A stretch of DNA of 35,997 bases, taken from positions 1 through 35,997 of the IMG/VR virus record IMGVR_UViG_3300025018_000324; one strand, written 5' to 3'. Below the pieces are notes generated by a model. The model had not been told where the DNA came from. It did not search any database and saw only the letters and a list, made by a program, of their open reading frames with translations. Within the stretch, counting starts at the first letter, position 1, and every line of letters starts with the position of its first letter. The stretch comes from a virus. Taxonomy: Duplodnaviria; Caudoviricetes. The translations under genes and the position numbers were made by a program. Positions 1 through 7,953 of the stretch are shown here, in pieces.

Positions 1-144
1 TGATGTTAACGCTTGCAAGCGGTAGTACCACCGCCCCTCCACGAGCGTCACAGGCTCACGGAGTCTGCCGTTGTGGTCGAGTAGAGCAAGCAGCTCATCG
101 CAGGTGTAGACCACGCGGCCCGCCTTTCGGTTGTTAGTGTTCAT
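1..144 (-). CDS. N-terminal part of a repeat (LRR-like) protein, runs off the window start
   Basis: Not in the ORF track. ATG at 144 with AAGGAGG 11 nt upstream; 48 open codons MNTNNRKAG...YRLQALTS to position 1. The end is in register with the 20-aa repeat of 35534-35995. Confidence 0.65.
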   Translation of the reverse strand, partial: MNTNNRKAGRVVYTCDELLALLDHNGRLREPVTLVEGRWYYRLQALTS

Positions 145-188
145 GGTGTCTCATGCCTCCTTGGTGTTAGCAGCAGAACGTAAGATTC

Positions 189-1136
189 TCACACTCTCTC
201 GTAGGCCCCTGCGAAGCCCCTTGCTGGGTCTCCGTAGGCATCCACGAGGCCTTCTTCGCGGGCCCAAGCCTGGAAGGCCGTCACCTGCTCGGGGTTGCCC
301 GAGCAGGTAAACTTCTTCCGGTTGTCAGGCACTCGAAAGGGCCCAGCGACGTAGCCAATACCGGACCTCGTACCGGCTTCCGGCAGCTCTGGCCATGCGG
401 GTTTTCGCCGCATGTCTGCCAGCCCTGCGAACAGGACCGGCGCCGCTCGGAGCGCTTGCGTAGTCTGCTCTATGTCGGCCATAACGGCCGACACAGGGCG
501 GTGCTGGAACACGGCGCGCTCGGTCGCGCGCCATGCCCCGAGCCCCTCTGGGTCCACGCAGGGGCATAGCCCCTGGTAGGCCGACCCCAGGCAGTGGTCG
601 GCCGCCGCCGTGTAGAGCACTCGCTGCTCGTCGAAGTCCCGTACCCACTCGGGAGGGATCGAGCGGGCCCACTGACCGCTTTTACCTGAAGGCCATGGTA
701 CCAGTCCTGTAACCATCTCTCCTGAGTCCGGATCCATGCTCGACCCGCCCCAGTCAAGCTCGATCCCAGCCTCCCCCCCGTCGGAGTAGAACACAGCGGC
801 GCCGAGCGCCGCGAGCACCTGGCCCACCGACGAGGCCGCGAAGAACCGATCAGGACCCTGGCCGAAGCCCGGATCCCCCGGACGGTGGTGATCGATCACC
901 ACCACCTCCTGGTCGATTGGGAGGGGGCTCGAAAACATGCACTCTACGAGTGCGAGCGGCGCGCCATTTAGCGGGGGCAGCCTATCCGCACTCGCGTTAT
1001 AGGCGTTGCCTGGGTGGACCCGGACGCCATCTTGGTCGAGTGCATATGCGTACTGACAACCAGCGGTTGCCAGCATGCTTTCGATTAGTTTCATTTCGGG
1101 GTCTGGGGCCCCGAGGATCCATTTACTTTTCCTCAT
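189..1136 (-). CDS. DHH-superfamily phosphoesterase-like protein (NrN-like)
   Basis: 315 aa with ordered motifs ILGAPDPEM, LVEC, VIDHH, SSVGQV, AAAD and C-terminal YGDPARGFAGAY. Confidence 0.6.
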   Translation of the reverse strand: MRKSKWILGAPDPEMKLIESMLATAGCQYAYALDQDGVRVHPGNAYNASADRLPPLNGAPLALVECMFSSPLPIDQEVVVIDHHRPGDPGFGQGPDRFFAASSVGQVLAALGAAVFYSDGGEAGIELDWGGSSMDPDSGEMVTGLVPWPSGKSGQWARSIPPEWVRDFDEQRVLYTAAADHCLGSAYQGLCPCVDPEGLGAWRATERAVFQHRPVSAVMADIEQTTQALRAAPVLFAGLADMRRKPAWPELPEAGTRSGIGYVAGPFRVPDNRKKFTCSGNPEQVTAFQAWAREEGLVDAYGDPARGFAGAYERV

Positions 1137-1139
1137 GCC

Positions 1140-2090
1140 CTAGAGCAAATCCTCCCCGGCCTCAATTGCGCTGGCCAGATCGTCAACTTCAATGGCGCTT
1201 AGGACGTCAATCTGTAATTTTCGCATGTGTAACGCGAGTCGCCGCAGAAACGCAACGTCCGCTAAAGTGCACGCCTTCTTTGTGGCCTCAGCCTTGGCCT
1301 CAGTGTCAGCTTGCGCCGACTTGCGCCGTTCCTCCTCTTCGCGGATCGAGGCCGCCTCGCGTTCCGCGGCATCCCGCTCGGCCTTGGCCTGCGCGGCTGC
1401 AGCTTGTTCCGCTGCGACGCGTGCGCGCAATGCCTCTTCCTCCTTTGCGAGTTCGGCGCGGCGCTTGGCAACCTCAGCTTCAACGAGTGCGCGGAGCCGG
1501 TCGGCTTCCTGTTTTGCGGCTTCACGCTCGGCCTCGAACGCAGCGCGCTCGGCTTCGATCTTCCGCTGCTCCTCGACGCGGGCCTGCCGGTCGGCTTCCT
1601 GTTTTGCGGCATTCAGCTCGGCCTCGAGGCGCCGCTCCTCGGCCAGCGCAGTCTGGCGCTCGAGCACGGCCACAAACTCGGCATCACTCATGTTCTTGAC
1701 GGTTTCAGGACTAAGCATGCTGAAGATGCCCAATTCGGTGAGAGCTGCCATGCGCTTGTCGAGTAGCTCCTTTTCACGCCGTGCGAGCTCCTCCGCTACC
1801 TTCTGCTCTTCGGCGATGAGGTGGGACTCAATGGGCTCGAGCATCCCAAACAGACGCTTTGCCTCCTCGTCCACGCGGCGGCAATACTCAAGGGCCTCAA
1901 CCTTTAACTCCTTGCGCCGCTTTTCGATGGTCACCCGCAGGGCCTTGACCTGTAGGCGGGACTCGCGAACGAGCGCTAATGCACTCCTGTCTTCTGGGCC
2001 GTTTGTGTGGAGCAGCAGGAACTGCTCGGACAGCGAGCGAATGGTTGCGTCGGCTACGTTGTAGGCGATCGGCGCTTGTGCCTGATTCAT
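1140..2090 (-). CDS. Coiled-coil phage protein of unknown function
   Basis: 316 aa, E/A/R/K-rich helical; IEKRRKELK...RVDEEAKRL...LEPIESHL segment; AAKQEADR occurs twice. Confidence 0.8.
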   Translation of the reverse strand: MNQAQAPIAYNVADATIRSLSEQFLLLHTNGPEDRSALALVRESRLQVKALRVTIEKRRKELKVEALEYCRRVDEEAKRLFGMLEPIESHLIAEEQKVAEELARREKELLDKRMAALTELGIFSMLSPETVKNMSDAEFVAVLERQTALAEERRLEAELNAAKQEADRQARVEEQRKIEAERAAFEAEREAAKQEADRLRALVEAEVAKRRAELAKEEEALRARVAAEQAAAAQAKAERDAAEREAASIREEEERRKSAQADTEAKAEATKKACTLADVAFLRRLALHMRKLQIDVLSAIEVDDLASAIEAGEDLL

Positions 2091-2110
2091 GTGGTGTGGT
2101 GGTTGGATGG

Positions 2111-2134
2111 GGCGCCGAGGAATCTCTCGGCGCC
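2111..2134 (-). promoter_or_regulatory. Leader hairpin (9-bp stem)
   Basis: ggcgccgag-N6-ctcggcgcc, 20 nt upstream of the ATG at 2090; no U-tract. Confidence 0.5.
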
Positions 2135-2165
2135 TGTGGTTAGTGGAATCGGTTAAAACTGCCGT

Positions 2166-2510
2166 CTACAGCGGCGTAAAGGTCAGCCGGATGCCCGCGC
2201 TTTTCCGGGAGCACCGTTCCTGCCTGGCGGTGAACCTAACGATGTGGCTGGGGCTGTCGTTCTCGAGCCTGCCGATGCGCTGTAGCGCATCGAGGGGAAC
2301 CTTGCAGCAGCTGCAAGCGTTGTCCCAGTCCATCGCATTGGCCGACAGCACGGTGAACTCGAGTTCGCACGGCGTGGGGATGTGCGCCACCCCCAGCCCA
2401 AGGAACCTCATTTCCCATGAGTACCGAACCTGGGCATAGGACCTGTAGTGCATGGTCTTCAGCTCGTTTAGGCCCGGCGGACGGCCCATGTCTCGGACCT
2501 CGAGGGTCAC
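2166..2510 (-). CDS. rusA: RusA-like Holliday junction resolvase
   Basis: PPGLN...DWDNACSCCKVPLDALQRIGRLENDS matches the RusA DxDN...K...DAL...G...D pattern. GTG at 2510 with AGGA upstream is preferred over the longer ORF start. Confidence 0.75.
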   Translation of the reverse strand: MTLEVRDMGRPPGLNELKTMHYRSYAQVRYSWEMRFLGLGVAHIPTPCELEFTVLSANAMDWDNACSCCKVPLDALQRIGRLENDSPSHIVRFTARQERCSRKSAGIRLTFTPL

Positions 2511-2587
2511 TCCACTTCCTTTAGCTGACGCTTGCCCAAGGATGTGGTCGGGGCGCGGGGCACCCAGGAGCGATGCCCCGCCTTCGG

Positions 2588-2716
2588 TCAGGTCAGCGTC
2601 GAGCCCACGGTCCCGTTGTCGAGACCCGTGCTCATCGCGCTCGTCGGGCGGCAGCTCGCAAGAGCTGCCGCCACCATCAGGGCCAGTGCAAGCACCAGCA
2701 ACTTCGTGCCCTTCAT
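2588..2716 (-). CDS. Small predicted lipoprotein (42 aa)
   Basis: GGAGG 6 nt before ATG; MKGTKLLVLALALMVAAALAS-C signal with lipobox LASC; G/C-ending codons favour this frame. Confidence 0.55.
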   Translation of the reverse strand: MKGTKLLVLALALMVAAALASCRPTSAMSTGLDNGTVGSTLT

Positions 2717-2785
2717 GTCGGGCCTCCGGGGTAACACCCTGAGCACCATGCCCAGGGGTGTGTTGAACCAGGTCGTCATAGCCAC

Positions 2786-3091
2786 TCATTGCTTGGCCCT
2801 CCGCCCGTCGGGGTCCACCTCGTACACTTGCGCTCCACCGCAGACCGTGCACTCAGCCATATCGATGGAGCAGGCTTTGTCTGCGTCCTCGTCACCGTAG
2901 ACGCAGAATCCGTCATGAATCCCGTCGATATAATCGGCCGCAGTGACGGCGCCGCCCTCGTGGGTCGCGCAGTAGGGCGCCTCTCCGCTCTCGTCGCAGA
3001 CCTCGCAGTTTACCAGGTTCGGACTCCGGTGGTCGTCACGTGGTTGCCGGTCGTCATAGGCCTGCTGCGCGGAAGCATATCCGTCGCTCAT
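2786..3091 (-). CDS. Small Cys-rich zinc-finger-like protein
   Basis: CEVCDESG and CTVCGG motifs; ATGA overlap with the upstream stop at 3088. Confidence 0.65.
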   Translation of the reverse strand: MSDGYASAQQAYDDRQPRDDHRSPNLVNCEVCDESGEAPYCATHEGGAVTAADYIDGIHDGFCVYGDEDADKACSIDMAECTVCGGAQVYEVDPDGRRAKQ

Positions 3092-3534
3092 GTCGTCATC
3101 CCTGTGTTCGTGGTTGTGGCGTCCTCGGTCTCGGTCGAGCATACTCCCGGGCAGTGGTGGCTGATCCTGGTATTGTCCAAAAACTTGCGACCTGCAGGAG
3201 CTACGACGTGATTGCGCGCCCGGTCTGATCCGGTGCGCCGGACTAGACCACGATTCACTAGGGCGATCAGATGCTCGAACACCGTGGCCGGTGACCGATC
3301 TAGGCTTTTGCTTAGTTCGGCGACAGTTGGTGGCACGCCGCCGGAGAGCCTTGTGGCGGAGTCGAGTTCTCGCAACACGGCGAGACTCCTGGGGGAGGGT
3401 GGCTTGCCCCGGAGAAGTTGGCGACCCTCGAGTTGGGCGAGGGCGCGAACGAGTTCTTTCCGCGTCGTTTTGTTCCCGCGGCCACGTAGCATTCGCTTGA
3501 GGAGCCGTCGTGCGAGTTGGTTGCTTCCGCTCAT
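3088..3534 (-). CDS. LexA-type winged-HTH DNA-binding protein without peptidase domain
   Basis: SPRSLAVL...GVPPTVAELS...SPATVFEHLIALVNRGLVRR...RAR resembles the LexA N-domain; ATGA coupling at 3531-3534. Confidence 0.75.
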   Translation of the reverse strand: MSGSNQLARRLLKRMLRGRGNKTTRKELVRALAQLEGRQLLRGKPPSPRSLAVLRELDSATRLSGGVPPTVAELSKSLDRSPATVFEHLIALVNRGLVRRTGSDRARNHVVAPAGRKFLDNTRISHHCPGVCSTETEDATTTNTGMTT

Positions 3535-3758
3535 GATTTGGTTGAGGCCGGTGTTGGCCTGGTTCGTGCTAGATTGTAAATGCGGTCGTACTCTCGTGCC
3601 GCGACCGTGGCCAGCGTCGAGGCGTTCAGCACGTCGCCGCGCAGATCGTCGTCTGTAGGCCGTGACTCGGAGAGTCGGCATGCGCGCACGTAGTGGTAGA
3701 ACGACTGACGTAGTTTCTCCTCCGAGTCGCGGAGTAGCTTGTCGGGTCCGGAGCTCAT
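3531..3758 (-). CDS. Hypothetical protein (75 aa)
   Basis: Fills the gap between dnaB and the HTH gene with 4-nt overlaps on both sides. Confidence 0.7.
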   Translation of the reverse strand: MSSGPDKLLRDSEEKLRQSFYHYVRACRLSESRPTDDDLRGDVLNASTLATVAAREYDRIYNLARTRPTPASTKS

Positions 3759-5101
3759 TGATCCTCCCCCATAAGGCTAAGTGGTATCATCTCTGGATCT
3801 GGCGGGTCGAAGTCTGTCAGGTGGAAGCAGGCTCGGTCGAAAAGCAGTGGAAGCGTGCAGCGCCCCGTGCTCCCGTGTCGGTTCTTAGCCACGCTCCAGC
3901 GGAGCCCGCCATGGCCGGTGTGGTCGATCTCCTCCGTCCAGAGCATAATTACTTGATCTGCATCCTGCTCGAGCGCCCCCGAGTCGCGCAAGTGGTGGAG
4001 CCCCGGCTCGCCATCCACCCCAGCTCGAGACAGCTGCGAGAGAGCAATCACGTTGACGCGGAGCTCTCGCGCAAGAGACTTTAGCCCGCGGCTGATCGTA
4101 GACACCTCCTCGACGCGGCCACGCTTCGAGCTCGCCTGGTCGGACATGAGCTGCAGGTAGTCCACGACGATAAAATCAACCCCCCCCATGTCGCTCGATG
4201 CCCGTCTGGCCATCGACCCGAGTCGCCCAACGGAAGTCCCGTAATCCTCAAATATCTGCAGCTTCCATCCGCTCATGCGGCCCGCGGCTCCAACCATGTC
4301 GCGGCGATCAGCGGCGTCGAGGTAGCCGCTTCGAAGGTGGTAGCCACTCACGTGGGACTCGCGTGACAGGACGCGCTGAGCGATCTGCTCCGTGGACATC
4401 TCCATGCTCACGAAGAGGACCTTAGCGCCGCCGCTACATAGGTTCGCGGCCACGTTAAGGGCAAACACCGTTTTCCCCACACCAGGGCGGGCCGCAATCA
4501 GCGTGAGCTCACCGGGCCGGAGACCGGCGGTCATGTGGTCGATCGCGTGGTAGCCGATCTTCCAGCCTTTCTGCCGCTCGTGCTGCGGCCGATCAAGCGC
4601 GGTGAAGACCTCAGTCATCAGGTCTTCGATGGACCCGCCCACCGCCCCACCGAGAACCTGTCTGCCGACTGAGAATATGGCGGATTCCAGACCGGCCAGC
4701 AACGCGTCGAGCGCCGCGGACTTGTTGACGGACAGCCCACGCGCCTGCGAGAGACCGTCCTCGCAGACGGCCATGATGGCCCGACGCGTGCTATCACGGC
4801 GAATTATGCTCGCGTGGTGTGCGATGTGGGCCGTTGACGTAACGGCCGACATCAGCTCCATAATCCCGGACTCTCCGCCAAACCAGTCGAGCTTCCCGTC
4901 CGTTCGGAGCTGCGTGACGATGGAAACTATGTCGACCGGGGCCGGGTCACGGGCCAACTTGTAGACCGTCCCTACGAGCACACCGAGGCGTTTGTCGGGG
5001 AAGTCCTCCGGCCTAGCTATGGCCTCCACCGTGGCGGCTTTGCCAGGACACAGCAGAAGGGCGCCCACGAAGGCGCTCTGTGCCTCCTGCACCACGGTCA
5101 T
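3755..5101 (-). CDS. dnaB: Replicative DNA helicase DnaB
   Basis: Walker A AARPGVGKT, SMEMS, VVDYLQLM, ALSQLSR, LRDSGALEQDAD, AKNRHG; N-terminal DnaB domain present. Confidence 0.97.
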   Translation of the reverse strand: MTVVQEAQSAFVGALLLCPGKAATVEAIARPEDFPDKRLGVLVGTVYKLARDPAPVDIVSIVTQLRTDGKLDWFGGESGIMELMSAVTSTAHIAHHASIIRRDSTRRAIMAVCEDGLSQARGLSVNKSAALDALLAGLESAIFSVGRQVLGGAVGGSIEDLMTEVFTALDRPQHERQKGWKIGYHAIDHMTAGLRPGELTLIAARPGVGKTVFALNVAANLCSGGAKVLFVSMEMSTEQIAQRVLSRESHVSGYHLRSGYLDAADRRDMVGAAGRMSGWKLQIFEDYGTSVGRLGSMARRASSDMGGVDFIVVDYLQLMSDQASSKRGRVEEVSTISRGLKSLARELRVNVIALSQLSRAGVDGEPGLHHLRDSGALEQDADQVIMLWTEEIDHTGHGGLRWSVAKNRHGSTGRCTLPLLFDRACFHLTDFDPPDPEMIPLSLMGEDQ

Positions 5102-5739
5102 TCGGGAGCCCCTAGGCCGACACGCCCGAGGAAATTAGCGAGGTACTGCGCGTAATCAACCGCGGCGTTGCCCCCTCGCACGATGCAGAGCCCCGGAATC
5201 AGCCGCTCACCCGGACGGAGAGCGTTCGTTTGTGGCCGTTTACGGCCTTTCTCTTTTCTCTTATTCCCAATAGAGGAAGGTTTGCGCCACTGATGCGACA
5301 TTGCCTTCACCAGACCCTCGCGGCACTTTGCCACGACGGCCTTGATCGTCACCCCCTCCCCGCTGAGACAGCGGCCATCCTCGTCTAGGACCCCTCCCGG
5401 GCACCGGAAGGCCCCGCGGGAAAACTCGTGGGGGATGGCGAGCCTCCGGGTTCCGCCGCCGTTCCAGCGCGCCCAGAGGCTTGCCCTGGCGGTCGTGAGC
5501 AGACCGGCCCGCACGAGTGCCTTTTCCCACCTCTGGATTGTCCGGGTCGTGACAGCGAAGCGCTCGGCGAGATCCGACTGCAAGACCCAGGTATACCGAC
5601 GGTCCTTCCCGCAGGCCCGGACCAACTCCTCGAAGAGGAGGCGCGCGCCGAACGGGACTCGGAGTTCCCGCATTGCGTCGGCAAAAACCGATGATTGGTA
5701 GAACGCGCGGGAGTTTCTGGTACTATAGGCATCAGACAT
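5098..5739 (-). CDS. Winged-HTH protein, probable replication initiator
   Basis: QSDLAERFAVTTRTIQRWEKALVRAGLL HTH directly upstream of dnaB. Start at ATG 5739 or GTG 5865. Confidence 0.7.
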   Translation of the reverse strand: MSDAYSTRNSRAFYQSSVFADAMRELRVPFGARLLFEELVRACGKDRRYTWVLQSDLAERFAVTTRTIQRWEKALVRAGLLTTARASLWARWNGGGTRRLAIPHEFSRGAFRCPGGVLDEDGRCLSGEGVTIKAVVAKCREGLVKAMSHQWRKPSSIGNKRKEKGRKRPQTNALRPGERLIPGLCIVRGGNAAVDYAQYLANFLGRVGLGAPE

Positions 5740-5861
5740 GGTTGTTCTGTGGTTGGGCAACCGGTTTATGGCAGGCACCTCACACAGCGCACGTGACGTG
5801 CCTGCCGACTTATTCACTCGGTGGCCGACCGCCGACCGCCGAGGCAGCCCCTGGCTTTTAC

Positions 5862-6596
5862 TCACAGGGTTGCCTCGGTAGGGTAGAGACCGGCAAATGG
5901 GTTGCCCTCGTCCTCGACCTCGACCTCGACCTCGACGGGGGCTTCGACGCTGACCGAGAACTGCGCGTCCTCGGCCTCGACGGGGTCCAGCCTTTGGGTA
6001 GAGCCGCGCAGGATTGCGTCGACGGTCGCGGTGGCTTCCGCCGAGGCGGAAGCCGGGTAGTGGGCCATGTCCTGCAGTTCTTCCACGGAAAGCATTCCCA
6101 TGGTGACTTCGGGACAGGACAGCCGGATGAGGAAGGCTGCTGCCCGGTAGGCCAGCATGAGCGCTGGGGTCTTCTGGTAGGCGTCGTTCGAGGTCCAGCC
6201 CGCATTTTTAGCAAGCTCCATCGACACGGGAATGGATTCGACGATGCCTCCGTCTTCGGCCAGTTTTGCCCAGGCGGTCACGGTGAGCGCATTTCCAGTG
6301 CCCTCGTAACGAAACCGGATCGGCCCACGAAAGACGCCTGATCGGTTCGCGAGGGCGATCAGGAATTTGGACGAATACCCCGGAGTCCCTTTAACCACGA
6401 ACACGTTCTGGAGTGCGCTCTGTGGGTCGCACCCAAGGGTTTCTGCCTGGTGTAGGACTATGGCGATGTCCGCTGGTTTCCCGCGGAACTGCTTCGGGCA
6501 TAGGTCGGAGGTCGACAGAGCCTTAGCGAGGCCCCACCGGTCGGCCTTTTTCCGCTCGTAGAGCGTTACGTCCGGCTGTTCTTTCTTGGCGTCCAT
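5862..6596 (-). CDS. recT: RecT/Red-beta-like single-strand annealing protein
   Basis: SDLCPKQFRGKPADI...LGCDPQSALQNVFVVKGTP...MLAYRAAAF, acidic tail, adjacent to an exonuclease; GAGG before ATG 6596. Confidence 0.8.
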   Translation of the reverse strand: MDAKKEQPDVTLYERKKADRWGLAKALSTSDLCPKQFRGKPADIAIVLHQAETLGCDPQSALQNVFVVKGTPGYSSKFLIALANRSGVFRGPIRFRYEGTGNALTVTAWAKLAEDGGIVESIPVSMELAKNAGWTSNDAYQKTPALMLAYRAAAFLIRLSCPEVTMGMLSVEELQDMAHYPASASAEATATVDAILRGSTQRLDPVEAEDAQFSVSVEAPVEVEVEVEDEGNPFAGLYPTEATL

Positions 6597-6597
6597 G

Positions 6598-7419
6598 TTA
6601 TTCCTCGGTAAGTGCCCACATGGGCAGGGAAACAGTCTCGATACCACGCCCTGAGTATCCCGGCCACTCGCCGGAATCGAGGCATTGGCGGTAGGTTTTG
6701 GCAGCTCGAAGGATTTCGAGCTCGCCATGGTGGACGGCGACGTCGTCGAGCTTGATCACTCGCACGAACTCGGCCTTGTTCTCGGAGCGCATCATCTCGT
6801 CCGATGTCTCGACGACAACGAACAGAAACGCTTTGGGCTCGAGCCCCGCCGCGGCGGCAGCTCGGAGGTAGAAGGCCGCTTGGCGGTGATAGCTCAGTTT
6901 GGGCACGCTCCGGTGGAACTCCCAGGCGTTACGGCTCGTTTTCAGATCCACCGCGATCCCGGCATTTGCGAACACGTCTAGGCGAGCTTTCGCGGGACAC
7001 CCGTCGAGGTCGAATAAGATGGTGAGCTCTCGACGGCCTCGAAGCAGTCCCGATTCGGCCAGCTGCCTGTTGGTGAGGACCGCGATTGCGGCCCCGTCGG
7101 CCAGGCGCCGCTCGTCCGCGTTCAGCACTAGCGCCCCAGGTTTCATTTCTCCGGTGAACCGCGCCCAGGCCGCCTTGCCGGCGGTGGTACGCCTGTCGAC
7201 CACGGGGGCAACCGGGAGCATTGCCGCCACCTTTTCTGGCTCCAGCACCAGCATGTGGACGGCGGTACCGACCCTCATGGCTGAGCTCTGCTCGCCCCAC
7301 TCGTGAGCCCGGAGGTGGGCAGGCGTCTTCCCGAGTAGTACCGCCGCTTGGGAGTTGGATAATCCCGGGAGCGCGAGGTACTCCGCAAAGGGCATGTTTT
7401 CAATGATTTTGGATCTCAT
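6598..7419 (-). CDS. PD-(D/E)xK exonuclease, RecE/exonuclease VIII-like (DUF3799-type)
   Basis: EYLALPGLSNS, GTAVHMLVLEP, KARLD, VDLKT, YHRQAAFY, WPGY. Confidence 0.9.
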   Translation of the reverse strand: MRSKIIENMPFAEYLALPGLSNSQAAVLLGKTPAHLRAHEWGEQSSAMRVGTAVHMLVLEPEKVAAMLPVAPVVDRRTTAGKAAWARFTGEMKPGALVLNADERRLADGAAIAVLTNRQLAESGLLRGRRELTILFDLDGCPAKARLDVFANAGIAVDLKTSRNAWEFHRSVPKLSYHRQAAFYLRAAAAAGLEPKAFLFVVVETSDEMMRSENKAEFVRVIKLDDVAVHHGELEILRAAKTYRQCLDSGEWPGYSGRGIETVSLPMWALTEE

Positions 7420-7434
7420 GTGGTGTTTCTGTTG

Positions 7435-7497
7435 AAAAAAGCGGCAAGGGGGCCTCGGAAAAGGACGCGGCAACCCCCTCGCCAAACCCTTGCCGCG
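7435..7497 (-). terminator. Terminator/attenuator-like structure
   Basis: Minus strand GCGGCAAGGG...CCCTTGCCGC followed by T6, with alternative internal pairings. Confidence 0.6.
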
Positions 7498-7515
7498 CCC
7501 GACGGGTGGGCTGGG

Positions 7516-7713
7516 TTAGAGGCGCTTACGCGGCTCGTTGATCCCCTCGATGGTGCAGTTGGCCGCAACCATCGTTGCAAGGCCGAGGAAAATACAGCAG
7601 AGGCCGGCCATGATGGCGCCGGCGCACACGGCTACGGAGACACCATCAGAGGCCCGACAGGCGAGCACAAGGCCGACGAGAAACACGACGGCGAGGGCGG
7701 CCAGCAGCTTCAC
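7516..7713 (-). CDS. Small two-TM membrane protein
   Basis: 65 aa with two hydrophobic stretches; GGAGG upstream; GTGA overlap with the previous stop. Confidence 0.65.
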   Translation of the reverse strand: MKLLAALAVVFLVGLVLACRASDGVSVAVCAGAIMAGLCCIFLGLATMVAANCTIEGINEPRKRL

Positions 7714-7883
7714 TGTGCCGCCTCCAGGTAGACCTCGAGTCCACAGGGCTGGTCTGGCGCGGCTGCAAAGTACGCTCGCACCTCGTCGGCAACCCCGGTA
7801 GCTGGCTGAAAAACGGCGTAGAGCAGGCCATCTCCGGGGTCCAGACCTACCTCCAGTAGCCGGTATCCCGTCAACGCGGACAA
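7710..7883 (-). CDS. Hypothetical small protein (start uncertain)
   Basis: Protein-like 3' end of ORF 7710-8324 (LTGYRLLEVGLDPGDGLLYAVF...); stop coupled to the next gene. Confidence 0.4.
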   Translation of the reverse strand: MSALTGYRLLEVGLDPGDGLLYAVFQPATGVADEVRAYFAAAPDQPCGLEVYLEAAQ

Positions 7884-7953
7884 TGCGACGACAGCAATCG
7901 ACCGGCGAGGTTCGCCCCGCTTAGGCGTCGCATGTAGCCTAGCGGTGGAAAGG

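Noticed and set aside
917-2064. Long plus-strand ORFs opposite the coiled-coil gene, and similar antisense ORFs elsewhere
   Set aside because: Shadow ORFs expected in high-GC DNA; Ser/Arg/Ala-rich without motifs or start signals.
5909-5936. Hexamer repeat (ctcgac)n as a regulatory repeat
   Set aside because: Encodes the acidic VEVEVEVEDE tail of the RecT-like protein.
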